51,947 nucleotides of DNA, filler included, from Sphacelaria rigidula (GCA_964200075.2; 4 parts of 4 records of this genome joined end to end with filler, not necessarily neighbours in it); one strand, 5' to 3'; positions 23,340-36,908 are shown, counted from the first letter of the whole stretch. The notes: a model not told the origin generated them from the letters alone. Translations and numbers: made by a program.

Positions 23340-25039
23340 TCTGTCTACGAATCGTTTTGATATTCACTGCCGCAACAGATCCGGTTTGTTCGGATGTCTT
23401 GAGCTTGTATCTGGTCAATTTTCGCTCCAGGTATGTGCAGCTACGCTTGACGGTTGATGTACGCGTTTGCCATGGCAAATGGAAAAGGAGCTTTGTCGGT
23501 AAGACAACGCCTGCATATGATGGGCCGTGCCATGCGTATGCCGCGCGTCATAGAGTTGTGCACAGAAGGCCGCGACCAGCCGCGGCCTTGCCGTCAAAGG
23601 ACAGTGATTTTCGAACAGGACAGCACATCGCACCAACCGTAATACATTCACGTGGCCAAGACAACCGCTTGTTGTGAAACAGCTGTACGGCGTGGCTTAT
23701 TTGGTGGGGGTGTACGTGCTATAGGCGGCGCGTATGGGTGTGACGTGGTGTTGAGGTTTTGCTCCTGAGGTTTGCGGATCTCGCCCTCTACCGCCCGCGG
23801 TCAACTGAGCAGGATGAGCACAACAGATTGACACACACCTGACACACACAAATCGGGCATTCCACCGCAGCGGTGAGTATACCCTCCTTGCAAATCCCTG
23901 TTGCCCAAGCGGAAGTTCGTCACGCTGAGAGTCAGGGAGAGAACAGCGACCTCGGTTGGCTTTTGCGTCATCTACACCTTCACGTCCAAGAAAATCATTC
24001 ACGGCCTCGTCGCGCGATTCTTTACTGCAGATGTGATTCATTTAGACAAAACTCGCGAATTCGCTTGAGCGCCCATCCGGCCAAATAATGGTCATGTACG
24101 CCTACAGTAGGGTCATCCTCCATGGACTAGCGGGACCATCAGAGGCTGGGATGTCGGAACAGAAAGTAGGTTGCGCTCAGAGAGTTGGCGAGCAGCAGGA
24201 ATTGCGAGTACTGCTGCGCACCGGCTCGGGACCTGCTGGGTAACCCCTCTGTTGAATCATTTTCGTCGCGAAGGGCAAAACACCTCAGAATAACCCGAAG
24301 TAGCTGTGATTTGGTGCCGTACGTTTTGGGGTATATTGCTCGATCTACGAAGCGTTCGTCAATGATTCATAACTTGAGCGAGATCCCCAAATGTGGGCAG
24401 TAGGTGTGATGCATCTACTACTACCTGCAGTAATGGCATTTGGCAAGAGCTTTTCTCTGGAGATGAAGCAAATGCTGTGCGAAATTCTTGCCTGGTTCAG
24501 GAGTGTCCAAAGAACATTCTGCACCCACCTTTTGTTCATTTTCTTTCCTCCAGGCTAGGGCATACTAACTCTTGCATTCCAATTCCAATTTTCAAAATTT
24601 CAAGTTGTTTGTTGTCTCAGGGTATTCCAGATCCAGCATTCGATTTCTGTGACAGAAAACTGTCTCGTTTCTTTCAGAATACTTTCAAAAATACAAGCAA
24701 AACTTTTCGAAAAATTGCTTAAAACATGACCCCACTATATTGAGTACAGCGTACTACACTGAGCACAAAACTCTACTGCTGTCTTGTACCGACGTACATG
24801 CAGCGAACATGCCAGAGCTGTCCGGTGATCCTTCACAGGGATAATCTCGGGCAGGAGGTATGACGTGTTGTCGTGGTCTTGCCGGTAGAATGTGCTGAAC
24901 CTAATCAGCAACCGTTAAGCCTCGCGGGAATCACTCCATCTCTACATCCGCCCTTGACCGGTGCCCGGTGATTCAACCGCCTTACAACTCGACTATGGTC
25001 AATCCTTACCTACATAACACGAGAAAAATCATCGTCCAG

Positions 25040-25490
25040 CCTTGACGGTTGCTACCATCCACCCGTAGGTCATGCGACCTTCACAACAGCGTTTTTGTTG
25101 TGGTAACCGTGATGGTGGTGGAGCTATAGTCGATTCCGCGCAAAGGGGATGATCATACCGCGTTGTGTTTGACCGGTGAAACACCCATGAGGCAGTGTGT
25201 GTAAAAGCCGTGGCTGTCTCTGGAAGTGGCGATAGCAGAAAATAAAGCAACTCATTAGAAGCTATGATCCAAACGCAAGATAATCAGTATACGCTTCGGG
25301 CTGGACAATCTTAGCGGGATACAGCTTACCCTTCTTGCGACATGCGACTCGCCGAACACATCACAGCCCTCCGCGCTTGGTGATTGAGTGCAAGCCTGGT
25401 CCGGCGAATACCCGGTGTGCCCCGTCCCGACTTCACCGTAGGGATGCGAGGTCGATGGTCAAGTGACTATGGCATGCAACATCATGGGTA
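25040..25490. mobile_element. Diverged copy of the repeat family ending ...gtagggatgcgaggtcgatggtc...catgagta
   Basis: Homologous to 26430-26935, 26028-26400 and the deleted copy at 41321-41504. Confidence 0.6.
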
Positions 25491-25724
25491 TACCTCCCCC
25501 CATACGTCATAGATTGCCCTGCTTCGCAGTCGCGCTTCCAACTTCCTTTTTTCCTTTTCCTTTGTTGTGCTACTTGTTATACTTGTTATGTATCGAGAAA
25601 AATATAACTTGTTGAAAAGTGCTTTTTTGACCCTTCTCCGTCGTTTTTGCCCCGAGAAGAGGGCTCAGTGGATGTTGACACCACAGACCGTTCCAGAGCA
25701 CCTTTGCGTTTTCCGTAGGCCACA

Positions 25725-25863
25725 GTGTAGTGGGTGAGAGGAGCGCGTGCTTAGAGGACCACACCGTAGCTCTAAACACCTCAGTATCGACGCTTTCCAA
25801 AACCAATCGGGCCAGTCCCTGCAGGTACCACCAACCTGACCCCAACACTAACCCTAACCCTAG
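25725..25863. mobile_element. Partial copy of the TG...CA telomere-repeat MITE
   Basis: Reverse-complement homology to ~39640-39788. Breaks off within ctaaccctaacccta. Confidence 0.7.
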
Positions 25864-25927
25864 AGGGAAATGTACCAATTAAGATACAGAGCCAATTAAG
25901 ATACAAGTTTTTTTAATCGTTCATATC

Positions 25928-26027
25928 NNNNNNNNNNNNNNNNNNNNNNNNNNNNNNNNNNNNNNNNNNNNTTAATTAATTAANNNNNNNNNNNNNNNNN
26001 NNNNNNNNNNNNNNNNNNNNNNNNNNN
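25928..26027. other. Artificial contig spacer
   Basis: N44-TTAATTAATTAA-N44. Confidence 0.98.
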
Positions 26028-26935
26028 CGCTCTCTCTTTCGAGGATTGGGGTCATGTTGCATTGACGCTGTGCAACACGTCACATACTGCCAAAGCGAGG
26101 CATCCAGGTTACCGGACGGGGTTTTGCGCTTGCGTTTATTGCGGAAATCACAATAGTGGTCGATCTAGATAATATTGTGGGGGGTGGAGAACCTCAACTC
26201 CGCGCAAAAGGGACGATCGCACCACGCAGCTCACCCTTCATTCGACTCGCCGAACAAATCACGCCGCTTCGCGCTTCGTGATTGCGAGTCTGGTCCGGCA
26301 AAAACCCGGCGTGCTGCTTCCCAACTTCGTAGAGATGCGACGGCAACGGCGCTATGACTACCGCACGCAAGATCATGAGTGCTACCCCCCGCAAGATCAT
26401 GAGTTCTCCCCCCCCCGTAAACATTGTCCTCCGCTCTCTCTTTCGAGGATTGGGGTCATGTTGCATTGACGCTGTGCAACACGTCACATACTGCCAAAGC
26501 GAGGCATCCAGGTTACCGGACGGGGTTTTGCGCTTGCGTTTATTGCGGAAATCACAATGGTGGTCGATCTAGATAATATTGTGGGGGGTGGAGAACCTCA
26601 ACTCCGCGCAAAGGGGATGAGCAAGGTATGTTGTGTTGAAATGGGAACACACCCATGAGACAGGTTGCACGCCATGGCTGTATGTGGAAGTGATAATACC
26701 AGAAAATGAAGCAACTCCTTCGAGGCTTCTATCCACATGCAAGATAAACAGTACGCTTCGGGCCGAACAATCTTCGATGCAGCTCACCCCTCATGCAACT
26801 CGTTGAACACGTCACGGCGATTCCGCTTGGTGATCGCGAGCCTTGTCCGGCGAGAACCCGGCGTGCTCCGCCCCGGCTTTGTAGGGATGCGAGGTCGATG
26901 GTCTCATGACTACGGAAGGCAAGATCATGAGTACA
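26028..26935. mobile_element. Two tandem copies of a non-autonomous repeat (the first internally deleted)
   Basis: 26028-26209 is nearly identical to 26431-26612. Both copies end in gcaagatcatgagt. Confidence 0.7.
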
Positions 26936-26974
26936 CTCCCCCTCGCCCCCCCTCCCCCGGCCCCTAACCCTAGT

Positions 26975-27037
26975 GCTCTGCCTCGAAAGGGATGCGTGGT
27001 TAATGGTCAAACGACTGAGGCAAGCAACAAATGAGTA
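26975..27037 (+). mobile_element. Extreme 3' fragment of the LINE family at 42456-44066
   Basis: cgaaagggatgcgtggttaatggtcaaacgactgaggcaagcaacaaatgagta matches ~44013-44066. Confidence 0.8.
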
Positions 27038-27590
27038 CGAGCTGGACCAGCTTAAAAGCGGCTTGAAGCTGCACACCACAGCTTCCCCAGTTTCCCGAAT
27101 GAACGCGATGTAAGCATTTCACCTTGAACTGCAGACCCACCTGATGACAAAGGACTGCGTCGCCGTTCGATTGGCGTCGTATTGCCGATGACGTTATTGT
27201 ACTGCATAGAGTGCAGGGTGCGGCTCATATCGTTGGGCGATAGCGTGTCGGAGTGCTTCTTTTTTTTGGTGCGGTGGGTTCACGTCAGCGATCACCCCGC
27301 ACTGGGTATTAGTGGGGTGCAGCAGCGTCACGGAAAATGTTACACGCACGGCCCAATTCGACGACTCGTGAGCTGAAATTTGAGAAAGACCTTCTGCACC
27401 CAAGGGAGTGATACTTCACGCCAGCAGCTGCAGATTATCATTGTTTTCGTGGACTTCTAATATTATCTCGTTTTTGCTGAAATTTCAAATGCCCATAACT
27501 CCTTTTATTTTTATTCTTTTATTTGCTGCTGACGTGATCTTCTGCATCTTGATCATAAAAAGCTGCTGTCAAAATTCCAGCGTCCAACTC

Positions 27591-27886
27591 GCCGCGCCCC
27601 GGTGGTGTAATGGTCCGACTGTCCCCATTAGGGTGGAGAGAACGGGGTTCGATTCCCTATTCGTTGGGTTTATTCTTCGTAATATATGATTTACACCGTG
27701 GAAAGCGTGGGAACGTGAGTAAACGAACTAGTCGACTGGGTTCGTGTGGCGGGAGTTGACGCGCTGCGGTAGTCCTGACCCAATCCGCGAAACCGAAATG
27801 AAAGACCCGTACCGGGGGAGGGGCGGGGTGACCCCTTGAGACCACGGACTCATCCCGAGGAAGGGGAGGTGTTCAAAGTGTGAGAA
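27591..27886 (+). mobile_element. tRNA-derived SINE family 2, best-preserved copy
   Basis: Pol III A box TGGTGTAATGG (27603-27613) and B box GGTTCGATTCC (27646-27656), followed by a ~230-bp body ending caaagtgtgagaa. Confidence 0.8.
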
Positions 27887-28175
27887 GAGAAAAATAAATT
27901 CCTTATATCGCGCCGTGCGTCGCCTGAGCGAGAAAAACCACCCATTGTTGGCTGGCCCAGCTGGTACGCCCCCCCCCCCCTCCCTACTCAATAGTATCCC
28001 AAGCTGATGTGTGGTGCTTCTTCGGGCCCCAGTATGGGCGTGCGGCGGATTATGATATCTTGAACACACTTGGATACATAGCATAGCACGGTACGTGGTG
28101 TTCCTCCGGTGCCTTCCATCGTAAAACACCAACAGTCATAGATCGTCGACCATCTTCGGCACCATGGACAGAGGT

Positions 28176-28492
28176 GCCGCTCCGCCCCGGTTGTGTAAAT
28201 CAAAATGTTCCGACCGTCACCATTAGGGTCGCTAGGACGTGGGTTCGAGTCCCGATGCGTTTTTTTTTTTTTTAATTATCTCATTCTCACCGTCGAAAAC
28301 GTGAGTACGTAAGTAAACAAAACGTAGTGGACTGAGTTTGTTGAACGAGAGTTGACGCGGTACGGGAGTGCTGATAGTCATTACCCAATCCGCGAGATCA
28401 AAATGCAAGGGGTGTATCGGAGAGGAATATGGGTTGATATCTTGAGACCACAGACTTACCCCGAGGAAGCGGAGGGGTTCAAAGTGCAACAA
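28176..28492 (+). mobile_element. tRNA-derived SINE family 2 copy
   Basis: B box GGGTTCGAGTCCC at 28241-28253. Body homologous to 27591-27886. Ends caaagtgcaacaa. Confidence 0.75.
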
Positions 28493-28963
28493 CGAAGAAA
28501 ACGTATGTACGGTATCTTTGTCGGGGTATGTTAGATATCGATCCCTCAATAGCCCCCTCGGGTGGTGCGTTTTCGAGCTCTTAACAACATACCACCTGCC
28601 GTCGGTATACACTGTGCTCTGGGGGCTGTGCGTGCGGGCTCGGATCACTTGACGAGACGTTCGCTATGCTTCCATCCCTTTTTTCTTCGGCTCTCTTGTT
28701 GATGTGGCGGCTTCGGCTCGGGTTAGCAGCGGTTAGCGTGTTTCGGATCCACGAACGCACAGGGAGGGGCGGCAAACATTCCACGTGATTTTTCTGATGG
28801 AGGCGAAAGAAACAACACATTCGGTGCGATTTTCACTTGTTTTGCTCTGGTAAGCCACGACCCCCTCATAGTCGCCGCGATCGAGGCGAACAAAAACAAA
28901 CAATGTATGTGGTGCGTTTTTTCGCTTGCTTTGCTCTTGTTGTGAAAGCGCGACCTCCTCATA

Positions 28964-31391
28964 TGAGCTGGGCGAGCCTAGAAGCGAATTTGTAGTTTGC
29001 AGGCCGATTTGTCGGCCAACATTTAGAGTTGGACCCTAGAATTTGGTATGGACAATGAATGGGGTAAAATAATATAAAATACTCCAGCAGCACACAAGTT
29101 TTTTTGTTTTTTATTAATTAAGGGTATTTCACTAGTACCTGAGAACTGATTATTGCCGTTAACGCGTGAAAAAAAACAACTTGATGTGCAGTAGTGATTT
29201 GTTTCATTATGCCCTATTCATTGTCGATTCCAAATTTTAGGGCCCAACTCTAAATATTGGGTGACAAGTGGGCTGTTTAGTAACAGGATCGGTAGAAATT
29301 CGGAACGATAATTTGCAGATCACTTACCGGCCCACGTTTGGTGTTTGTGTGCGAGCTGGGCCAGCCTCAAAACGGATTTCAGCTCTCAGAGCAATATCTC
29401 GTCGGCACAGACGAGTTGGGCTATGATCCGCATATTGCATTATTCGTCTAACCAAGGGGAAGGTGCCCATCTGCTCAAAGGTTTGGGCCCACAATTTGTC
29501 CTTGATCAAACCCCATGTCTATTGATTCCTATACCTAACGGAGATAGCGTCCATACTGAAATCTTTATGAAACCCCCGATCGATGAATTCAGCGGATGAC
29601 GACGAGTTTTGGTGTGGACAGTTCCTAGAGCACGGGGAGATGGTAGATACCCTCACCTTCTCCTAATTCGTTATCTGTCTCGAGATATGGCGCACATACT
29701 TTCCCATACCAAAATCGGTATGTTACTAGCAGAGGTACTAGATGAATTAAATCTGGATATCGCGTCTCAGTTTTTGAGAGTTACGCTATGATATTTCGTA
29801 TAGAGAACCGCTAGTGCATTATAAACATTTCCATAACGGCTTTTTCAATTTTGTCGGGTTTTTTTCAGTATTTTTCGGGGTTTTGGGGCATTTTTGAGGA
29901 GAAATGGACATTACTCTTGGGCCTTATCTCAATTTTTCAGCTCAATTTTGAGAACTGTGATTTGAAACTCAGGATAAAGAACCACAGAGATATGCAGAAA
30001 ATAAAATAAAATGGGTCTTCATTTTTTTTATTGGGAAAGGTTCAGGCGTTCTCGTGAAAAAAAATGGTCGTTACCAGACTAAAACGCCCTAAACCAATGG
30101 AGAAAATAAAAAAAACGACCTTACCCACTTTGTTCTCTTTATTGTGCCGTAGCCACGGCCCACACGAAATATCAATACACAAACACCAAACGTGGGCCGG
30201 TAAGTGGTCTGCAAAATACTTTTCCGGATTTCTTCTGACCCCGTCACTAAACAGCCCATTGTACGGCCAACAGTTAGAGTTGGACCCTGAAATGTTGTAT
30301 GGACAATGAATAGGGCATAATAAAAACAAATACCAGTGCACACAAGGTTTTTTTTTTCCATGAATTAAGGGCAATAATCAGTTTTCAGGTATCAGTAAAT
30401 CTCCCCTAACTCATGAAATCAAAAAATAACCTTGTGTGCACTGGTCTTTGTTTTTATTATGCCCTATTCATTGTCCATACCACATTTCAGGGTCTAACTC
30501 TAAATATTGGCCGTACAATGGGCCTGAAAACTACAAATTCGCCTCTCGGCCGGCCCAGCTCGTATTGAAGCTTTGTGTAACCCGTGGCAAGGGCATACTT
30601 AACAAAACAAAGTGGGTCACGTTGAAATTTATTTATTTATTCCATTGGCTCAGGAATTTTTAGTATAGTAACGACCATTTTTTACAAGAACGCCCGAACC
30701 TCTCCCCCCACCACCACCACCTACCCCAAAAAGGTCCTTTTTTTCAATTCAGCAAACGTTTGTGGTTTTCCATGCTGAGTTTCAAATCGCAATTCTCAAA
30801 GTTGAGCTAGACAATTGAGATAAGGCCCAAGAGCAGTGTTATTTCTCCTCAAAAATGCCCAACAACCAGAAAAATATTGGAGAAAAACGACAAAAAGTGA
30901 TAAAGCTGTTGTGTCTAGCTTTTTTATGCACTAGCGGTTCTCCATACGAAATTTCATGACATGACTCTCAAAATTTGAGACGTGATATTCAAAATTTGTT
31001 CATCTAGTGCCTCTGCTCGTAATATAAAGTTGCTGGTATAGAAAATTATGTGCGCCAAATCTCGAGATAGATTACGAATCAGATGAAGGTGAGGGTATCT
31101 ATCGTCTCCCCGTGCTCTAGGAAATATCCACACCAAAAATCGTCGTCATCCGCTGACTGCATCAATCGGGGTTTCATATAGGTTTTACTATAGACGCTAT
31201 ATCCGTTAGGTATAGAAGTTATAGACATGGGATTTATTCAACGAAAAAATGTTGGCACGACCTTCTGAGCAGATGGGCACCTTCCCCTCAGTTAGACGAT
31301 TAATACAAAATGCGGATCATGGTCCAACTCGTCTGTGTCGATGAGATATTGCTTTGAGAGCTTAAATCTGTTCCTAGACTGCCCCAGCTCG
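28964..31391. mobile_element. Composite foldback/MITE nest: A(28964-29349) B(29352-30175) A'(30178-30562) B'(30565-31391)
   Basis: A/A' and B/B' are inverted pairs. All four units have one (c/t)gagctggg terminus. Junctions are TA (one is TG). Confidence 0.85.
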
Positions 31392-31435
31392 TAGTCGCTG
31401 CGTGCTTTTGTCACACATAATCTCAGTCTATTGAG

Positions 31436-31750
31436 GCACCGCTCCCCGTTGCGCTAGTGGCACAACTGACCCCATCAGGATGGAAAGAACACGGGTCCGA
31501 CTCGTGCTAGCTGCGCTTGCGTTTCCTATTTAAAGAATCCGATTTTCGTCGTCAAAATCATGAGGAGTTGAGTGGCGACAGGATTCGACTAAGCTTGTTT
31601 GACGAGAGCGGATGCGGCGTGGAAGTGCTGGCACAGTCATGATCCACTTCCCGTGACCAAAATCCAAGGCGTGAACCGGCAGAGAGCTTCGTTGGTCCCC
31701 TTGCGACCCCGAACTCGTCCTGAGGAAAGAGAGGGGTTGAACGTGTGACG
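31436..31750 (+). mobile_element. tRNA-derived SINE family 2, diverged copy
   Basis: Degenerate A/B boxes (gcgctagtgg; gggtccgactc). Homologous body ending aacgtgtgacg. Confidence 0.6.
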
Positions 31751-32035
31751 GATTCGTCTTGATCCACGGGCACATGGAAGGAATGCAACAGTCCGCCTAA
31801 TTTTCCTCACTGACAGCCGGAACACAAACAAGCAATCTACGTGTCTTCCGTTTGTTACGCTCTTTCCCTGTACCACGAAGGATTTTGTCTTGCCTGGTAT
31901 CTACGCTCTCTAGCAAGCCTCAGGAATGGTACTCCACGATGTCGGGCAGACGTCGCGCTATTCGAAACTGACGGTTTACAGCTCAAACTGTCTTCCTTTT
32001 TGTTCGTCGTGTCTCGCGCTTTTTTGTGTCCACAG

Positions 32036-32182
32036 TTTCGAGAGCACAGCTGACGAAGTTAGAGGGGCTCTTCCAAGCGATGGACATTGGAGGAGATGCC
32101 GGGGTCATTTTCTGTAGCGATGTGCTGAACACGGTGGATGTGGTCAAGTCCCCGTTTACAGACCACGTGTTCGAGATGATAG
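32036..32182 (+). CDS. EF-hand (calcineurin-B/NCS-like) protein exon (SRAQLTKLEGLFQAMDIGGDAGVI...SPFTDHVFEMI)
   Basis: Strong tttttgtgtccacag| acceptor and ag|gtgaga donor. F-x-x-M-D...G-x-I helix-loop-helix followed by SPFTDxxFxxI. Confidence 0.7.
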
Positions 32183-32634
32183 GTGAGAGCCGCGAAAAAC
32201 AGGTATTTCGGAGGTGGGGAAGGGAGAGGGGGGTGTCTCATTTCATACTCATGAGCCCCCACCCTTCCTCGGAAGGACTCCATAATGTTGACGTGCCCAT
32301 TTACCCATCTCTCCCCCCGGTGCGGTACGCGTCCTGCGCCTTGGTATCGAGTATGAGACCCGCACTACTGCAGGTGGTCGGCCTTTGTCGCGTCGAGGTT
32401 CGCTAACTCATGCTTTCACGCTTTCCACAACGAAAACCAATACATGGACCATTCCTGTCGACATCGAACCCACTGGCTTCACCCAGGCTAGCCGATGATG
32501 TATGTATGATGCACTTATCTGATCGCTGGGCCGCGGACGCAGGGTCGTTATTGCCCTTCTTGTTCTTGTCCTCGGTGTTCTTCTTTTTCCTCTTCCCTCT
32601 CTTCTCATTCTTATTATGATGTTGACCATACCGC

Positions 32635-32770
32635 TGATATCATTATTATCAATTTTATCATTGTTTTCAGCATTGTGGTTGTAATTATTGTTATTACTAT
32701 TGTTATTATTGTCATTATTGTTATTGTAACCATTATTATTATGGTTATTATCATTACCATTGCTATCAGT
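32635..32770. repeat. Degenerate (ATT)n microsatellite
   Basis: Direct reading. A similar (ATC/ATT)n tract lies at 33690-33785. Confidence 0.8.
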
Positions 32771-35700
32771 AGTGCACGGTATCCCGATCTCTCTAACCCG
32801 AGGTCACAGACGTAGGGTGATTGGCTTAATTTTCACAAAACTTCGTTGAATACCACTTAGTTCCTGCATGAAACGGCAGAAGAAACATAGTTTTTGCGGG
32901 ACATTCTGCAAGCGTTCCCCCTGAACTTTGTCCTGTACCTGAATCAGGCAGAACTTCTACCCTGAACCGTGGTAGGTCCCAACGAGAAGCTATATCCTAC
33001 GTTTTCGCCACCTATAACAATGAGTCGCAGAGCAATGGTCGTGTACTTTCGAGCTCCGTTTGTCCGGTGTTACAGAAAATTGCGGAGACCGCGGCTGGCC
33101 TATTACGCGACTGCCGATCACCTGTATCCGAGTAGCTATCTTGGGCGATGTGCATGGGCATAAACACTCAAAAGTGAATACACTCTTCATATTTTTTTTG
33201 TCGCTTGTTCTGGAAAAGGTCTGTGTCTACTATGGTTGTTGCCGCAATCAACAAAAAACGCCCCCCCACTTCGGACGTTGCCCTCCTTGTCCTGAGTGTG
33301 ATGCTGGAGAGGTTCCCACGTGACAAGTCATGTCTTGCAAAATGTGGTAGGTCAGCGCCGAATTCCATCCCGTGTATGACGACGCCTATCCATCGACAGG
33401 TCCAAACGCTAACTCCTCCTAAAAATGGTCGATATGATAGGATTAGTGTGCTTATGTCACGGAATCCCAACGGTTTGTGAAGCCCTAACCTCTTGCTCAA
33501 CCCGAACCTTGCGCTTCTGTGATATCCTTGGTGATGCATGTCGGTCACTCCCCCATCTTCGACACAGACTACCGCACGTTTCCTGGGTCATGGATTAGAG
33601 CCACACCTCAGCACTCTTGTAGAACTGCATCTGATTCCATCCACGATGGGGTCGATGAACGCTATGCATCGCGTCGACGTTTATTTTTTATTTTTATTAA
33701 TATTATTATCATCATCAATATCATCATCATTATCACTATCAATATCATCATCATTACTATTGCTGCTGCTGTTGTTGTTCTTATGATTGTTTCCGAACAT
33801 AAGCCCGATCTTTCGAAGAAGTGATACCATACGTAGACTAGCTTCTCCAGTATCATAACCGCTACTCCTTGTTTGAGATAGGAGCGCTGCTCATCGAGTG
33901 GTTCCTTCTGAGACTCCGAAAACAAAGCAAACTAAGTTATGAAGCAGTAAGAGAGAGACGTGAAAAAAGGAAAAGAGAAAAGCCTCTTGATCATGCATGC
34001 ACGGAGGGAGGGGGGGGGGGGGGTAAACGAAGCAAGAGTGATGCTACGATGGGAATGAGGGTGTTTGATTCCACGAAAAACGGGGGCTCACAGGCATGCT
34101 AGACGATCTAATTACTCGTCGTGTGTTTGCATTGGGAAGAAAACTGTGTCAGGTGGTCTGAATGAGCCTTATTGGTATTTGCTGCTTTTAACGTCAATTT
34201 TTGAGGAGAAATTTCGTGGAATAAATGGCCCAAAATACCCCCCCCCCCCTCAATCGTAGCACCACTCACAAATCGGATCTTCCCAATAAAGTAACGTCAA
34301 GGGACTAAACGCATACCAAGCGAGAGTCGAACAAGATCCCCAGGTAACCACAGAAGATTTAAGGCTTTCATAGCATACAGTTTTGGAGGGACTGAACCAA
34401 ACAGCCGTATTGCTCCGTACCACCATTGTCACCGGACACCAACCACGTGCTTCTGCTTCGGTACAGCTGGTGGGGCGGAGCAAAGGAAGCCAACGGTAGC
34501 AAATGGCTGCGTTTTTGAGATGACGCGTGAAAGCTTGCCTTCAACCTAGCAGCAGCGACATGCGAACGGTGGAATTGTGAACCAGTAGTCTGAAAGATCT
34601 TTTCTTTTCTTTTGTCTCGGACAGTACCTGAATGAAAGGTGCCCGTGTATTGTTTACTCTGATGAACGATATTTACGCTCTTTCTTGTTCTAGCTTCACT
34701 CAAGTTCGTTCTCTGCTTGATTTTCCATCTCTCTGTACCCTTTCTCGAGTTTCCTCGGCGACCGAGTGTGGCAAGTAAGGGTCGGAGGAATCACCAAATC
34801 TCCCATTTGTGAGTCCTGATCGCTCGAAATATTTTTTTAATAAGAACGTTGACCGCGGGTCGAACAAATCTTCACACAATTTTTGCGCTATTCCACTTGT
34901 CGGAGGTGCGCAACGCGGACCTGGGGTGCGACACTGAAAACAAAGCCCAAGAGTTGATTCGTGTGGTACGGATCAATCACTCTCAAAGCAAGATATTCTC
35001 AGACGAATCTTTCGGTCACCCGGTCCTCGGAGGATTGCGTTTGTTACCTTTGGGACAGGTGTACATTGTGCTGACATCTGGACTCGCAACGGATCCGCTA
35101 CTTGATGTTGAATTTGCGATAATCGCATTCTTCAGTGTTACGTACATGTGTAAGTTGTTGTGCACTGCGAACCCTGTTTCTTTGGTCGACAAAAATGAAT
35201 GAAGACACAATTGATGGGCTGACGAGTCGCAGTATTTCATGTCATCCTCCAATTTTTTTCTCTCCGGGCATTCAACAGGAAACGCTAGCTTTTTGTTCGC
35301 GTTTCTTGCCGTTAACGCTCGCTGAGGAAAACGATACTGTCAGGAAACAAGATCAATCGCACGTTTTCGGTTCGGATCATAAGTTGGTAGCATGTCAGCA
35401 GAATTTCTTTTTTTTAAGCCGTGCCCCAATGGTCGAACCAATTCGCCAATGCACATGAACTAATCGCGACATCTACACATGGTTACACGGTTGACGTACG
35501 TACACTACGTGAGGAAAACGGCAATACTCGCTGAAGGAGCTTGAGGAAACAAGGAAACATAGCGAAAAAAAGAAACGTGGATAGAAAGAACGGAAGAAAT
35601 ACAAAAAAATAAAAACACACACACACAAGTCCAAACAAACAAAAAAATGGAATGCAGCTTACACCGTAACCTACTACGGTGCTAGAATCTGACCAGAAAC

Positions 35701-36305
35701 ACTTTACGCCTGGTTCCTTCGCAAAAAGCAACGTGCGAGTTCACCCCTTAAAGTTATCATTACTTCGACCGGTCATGTCGATCTCTCGGCAACTTTTGCA
35801 ATTTCCTGTGTTATTGCCGTGCTCGTCGGCTCGCAGTATTACGGCGCCTTCTGCTCGGTGTGGACTGCGCGCACTGTACGGTTAGGGTGTAGGTGGGCGT
35901 AGCACTGTCTCTGTGGATACTGCAACTTAGATGGAGGGAAAATACCACAAGTGACAAGAGAAGGTTCGTCGTTTTGTCACATTTGCGACGCCATGAGAGA
36001 TGACTCTGTGCGCATTCCAGATCCAAATCAGGATCCCCATCAAAACCGCGCTGCTGTGAAACGATAAACGCAGATATATATGTATATATTTATATATCCC
36101 GAACAGAAGATGGTACCAAGAGGTCGTAAAAGTGGCGGACGGCCAGAACTCTGGTCGGTGGCTACTGTAGCATGGGGAATGCACATAACCACGGGAGAGT
36201 CCTCGGCGGAGGTTGTTAGCTTGGCGACCCGACACACGCAAGAGAGAAATAAAGAAAGAAAAACAACAACAGCAGTAAAGCTACCGAATTTGTCAACGAG
36301 GTCAA

Positions 36306-36908
36306 GAGCTCGTTTTACTCTACGTCACGTCACGTCACACCGTTGTGACGTGACGTTTGTGACGTGTAACGGTAGTCTTACGTGTAACGATAAAGGCCCT
36401 CAGAATTTCGGAAACTCGAAGCTCGTACTTTCGGGTTTTCGATTTTCGCTTCTACATTTGCAGATATTGACGTGTTCTATGGTTGGTTGTGGTGAGGCGG
36501 TGCATGCTGTTGCGCCGAACGTGCGCTTACATCGCGTACATATTGTGATGGCGCATGCACACTCGTGTTATCTCATATATCAAATGCATGTACGTGTATG
36601 TGCCCACTAATCTCACACTTATTATAGTACAAGTCACGCGTGTTGACGTTTGTGGCGTACTTTGTGACGTATAAAGTACATTACAATGTGACGTATAAAC
36701 TACGTAACAAACGTCACTAGAAACGTTTGAAAATTTTATACGTTGATGTGACGTCTCAATATTAATAGTTCGTCACGTTACGTCACGTCACATTTGTGAC
36801 GTTTGAAAAAATGCCACGTCACGTCACGTCACAACTTTAATATGCCACGTTACGTCACGTCACACCGTTGGGACGTGACGTTTGTGGCGTGTAACGATAA
36901 GTGCCCTG
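36306..36908. mobile_element. (CACGT)n/TGACGT-rich non-autonomous element fragments
   Basis: 36320-36400 and 36630-36908 share cgtcacgtcacaccgttg(t/g)gacgtgacgtttgtg...gtaacgataa..gccct with 49920-50000. Confidence 0.7.

Noticed and set aside
27591..27665. tRNA gene
   Set aside because: Has A/B boxes but no convincing cloverleaf, and it continues into a repeated body; interpreted as a SINE head.
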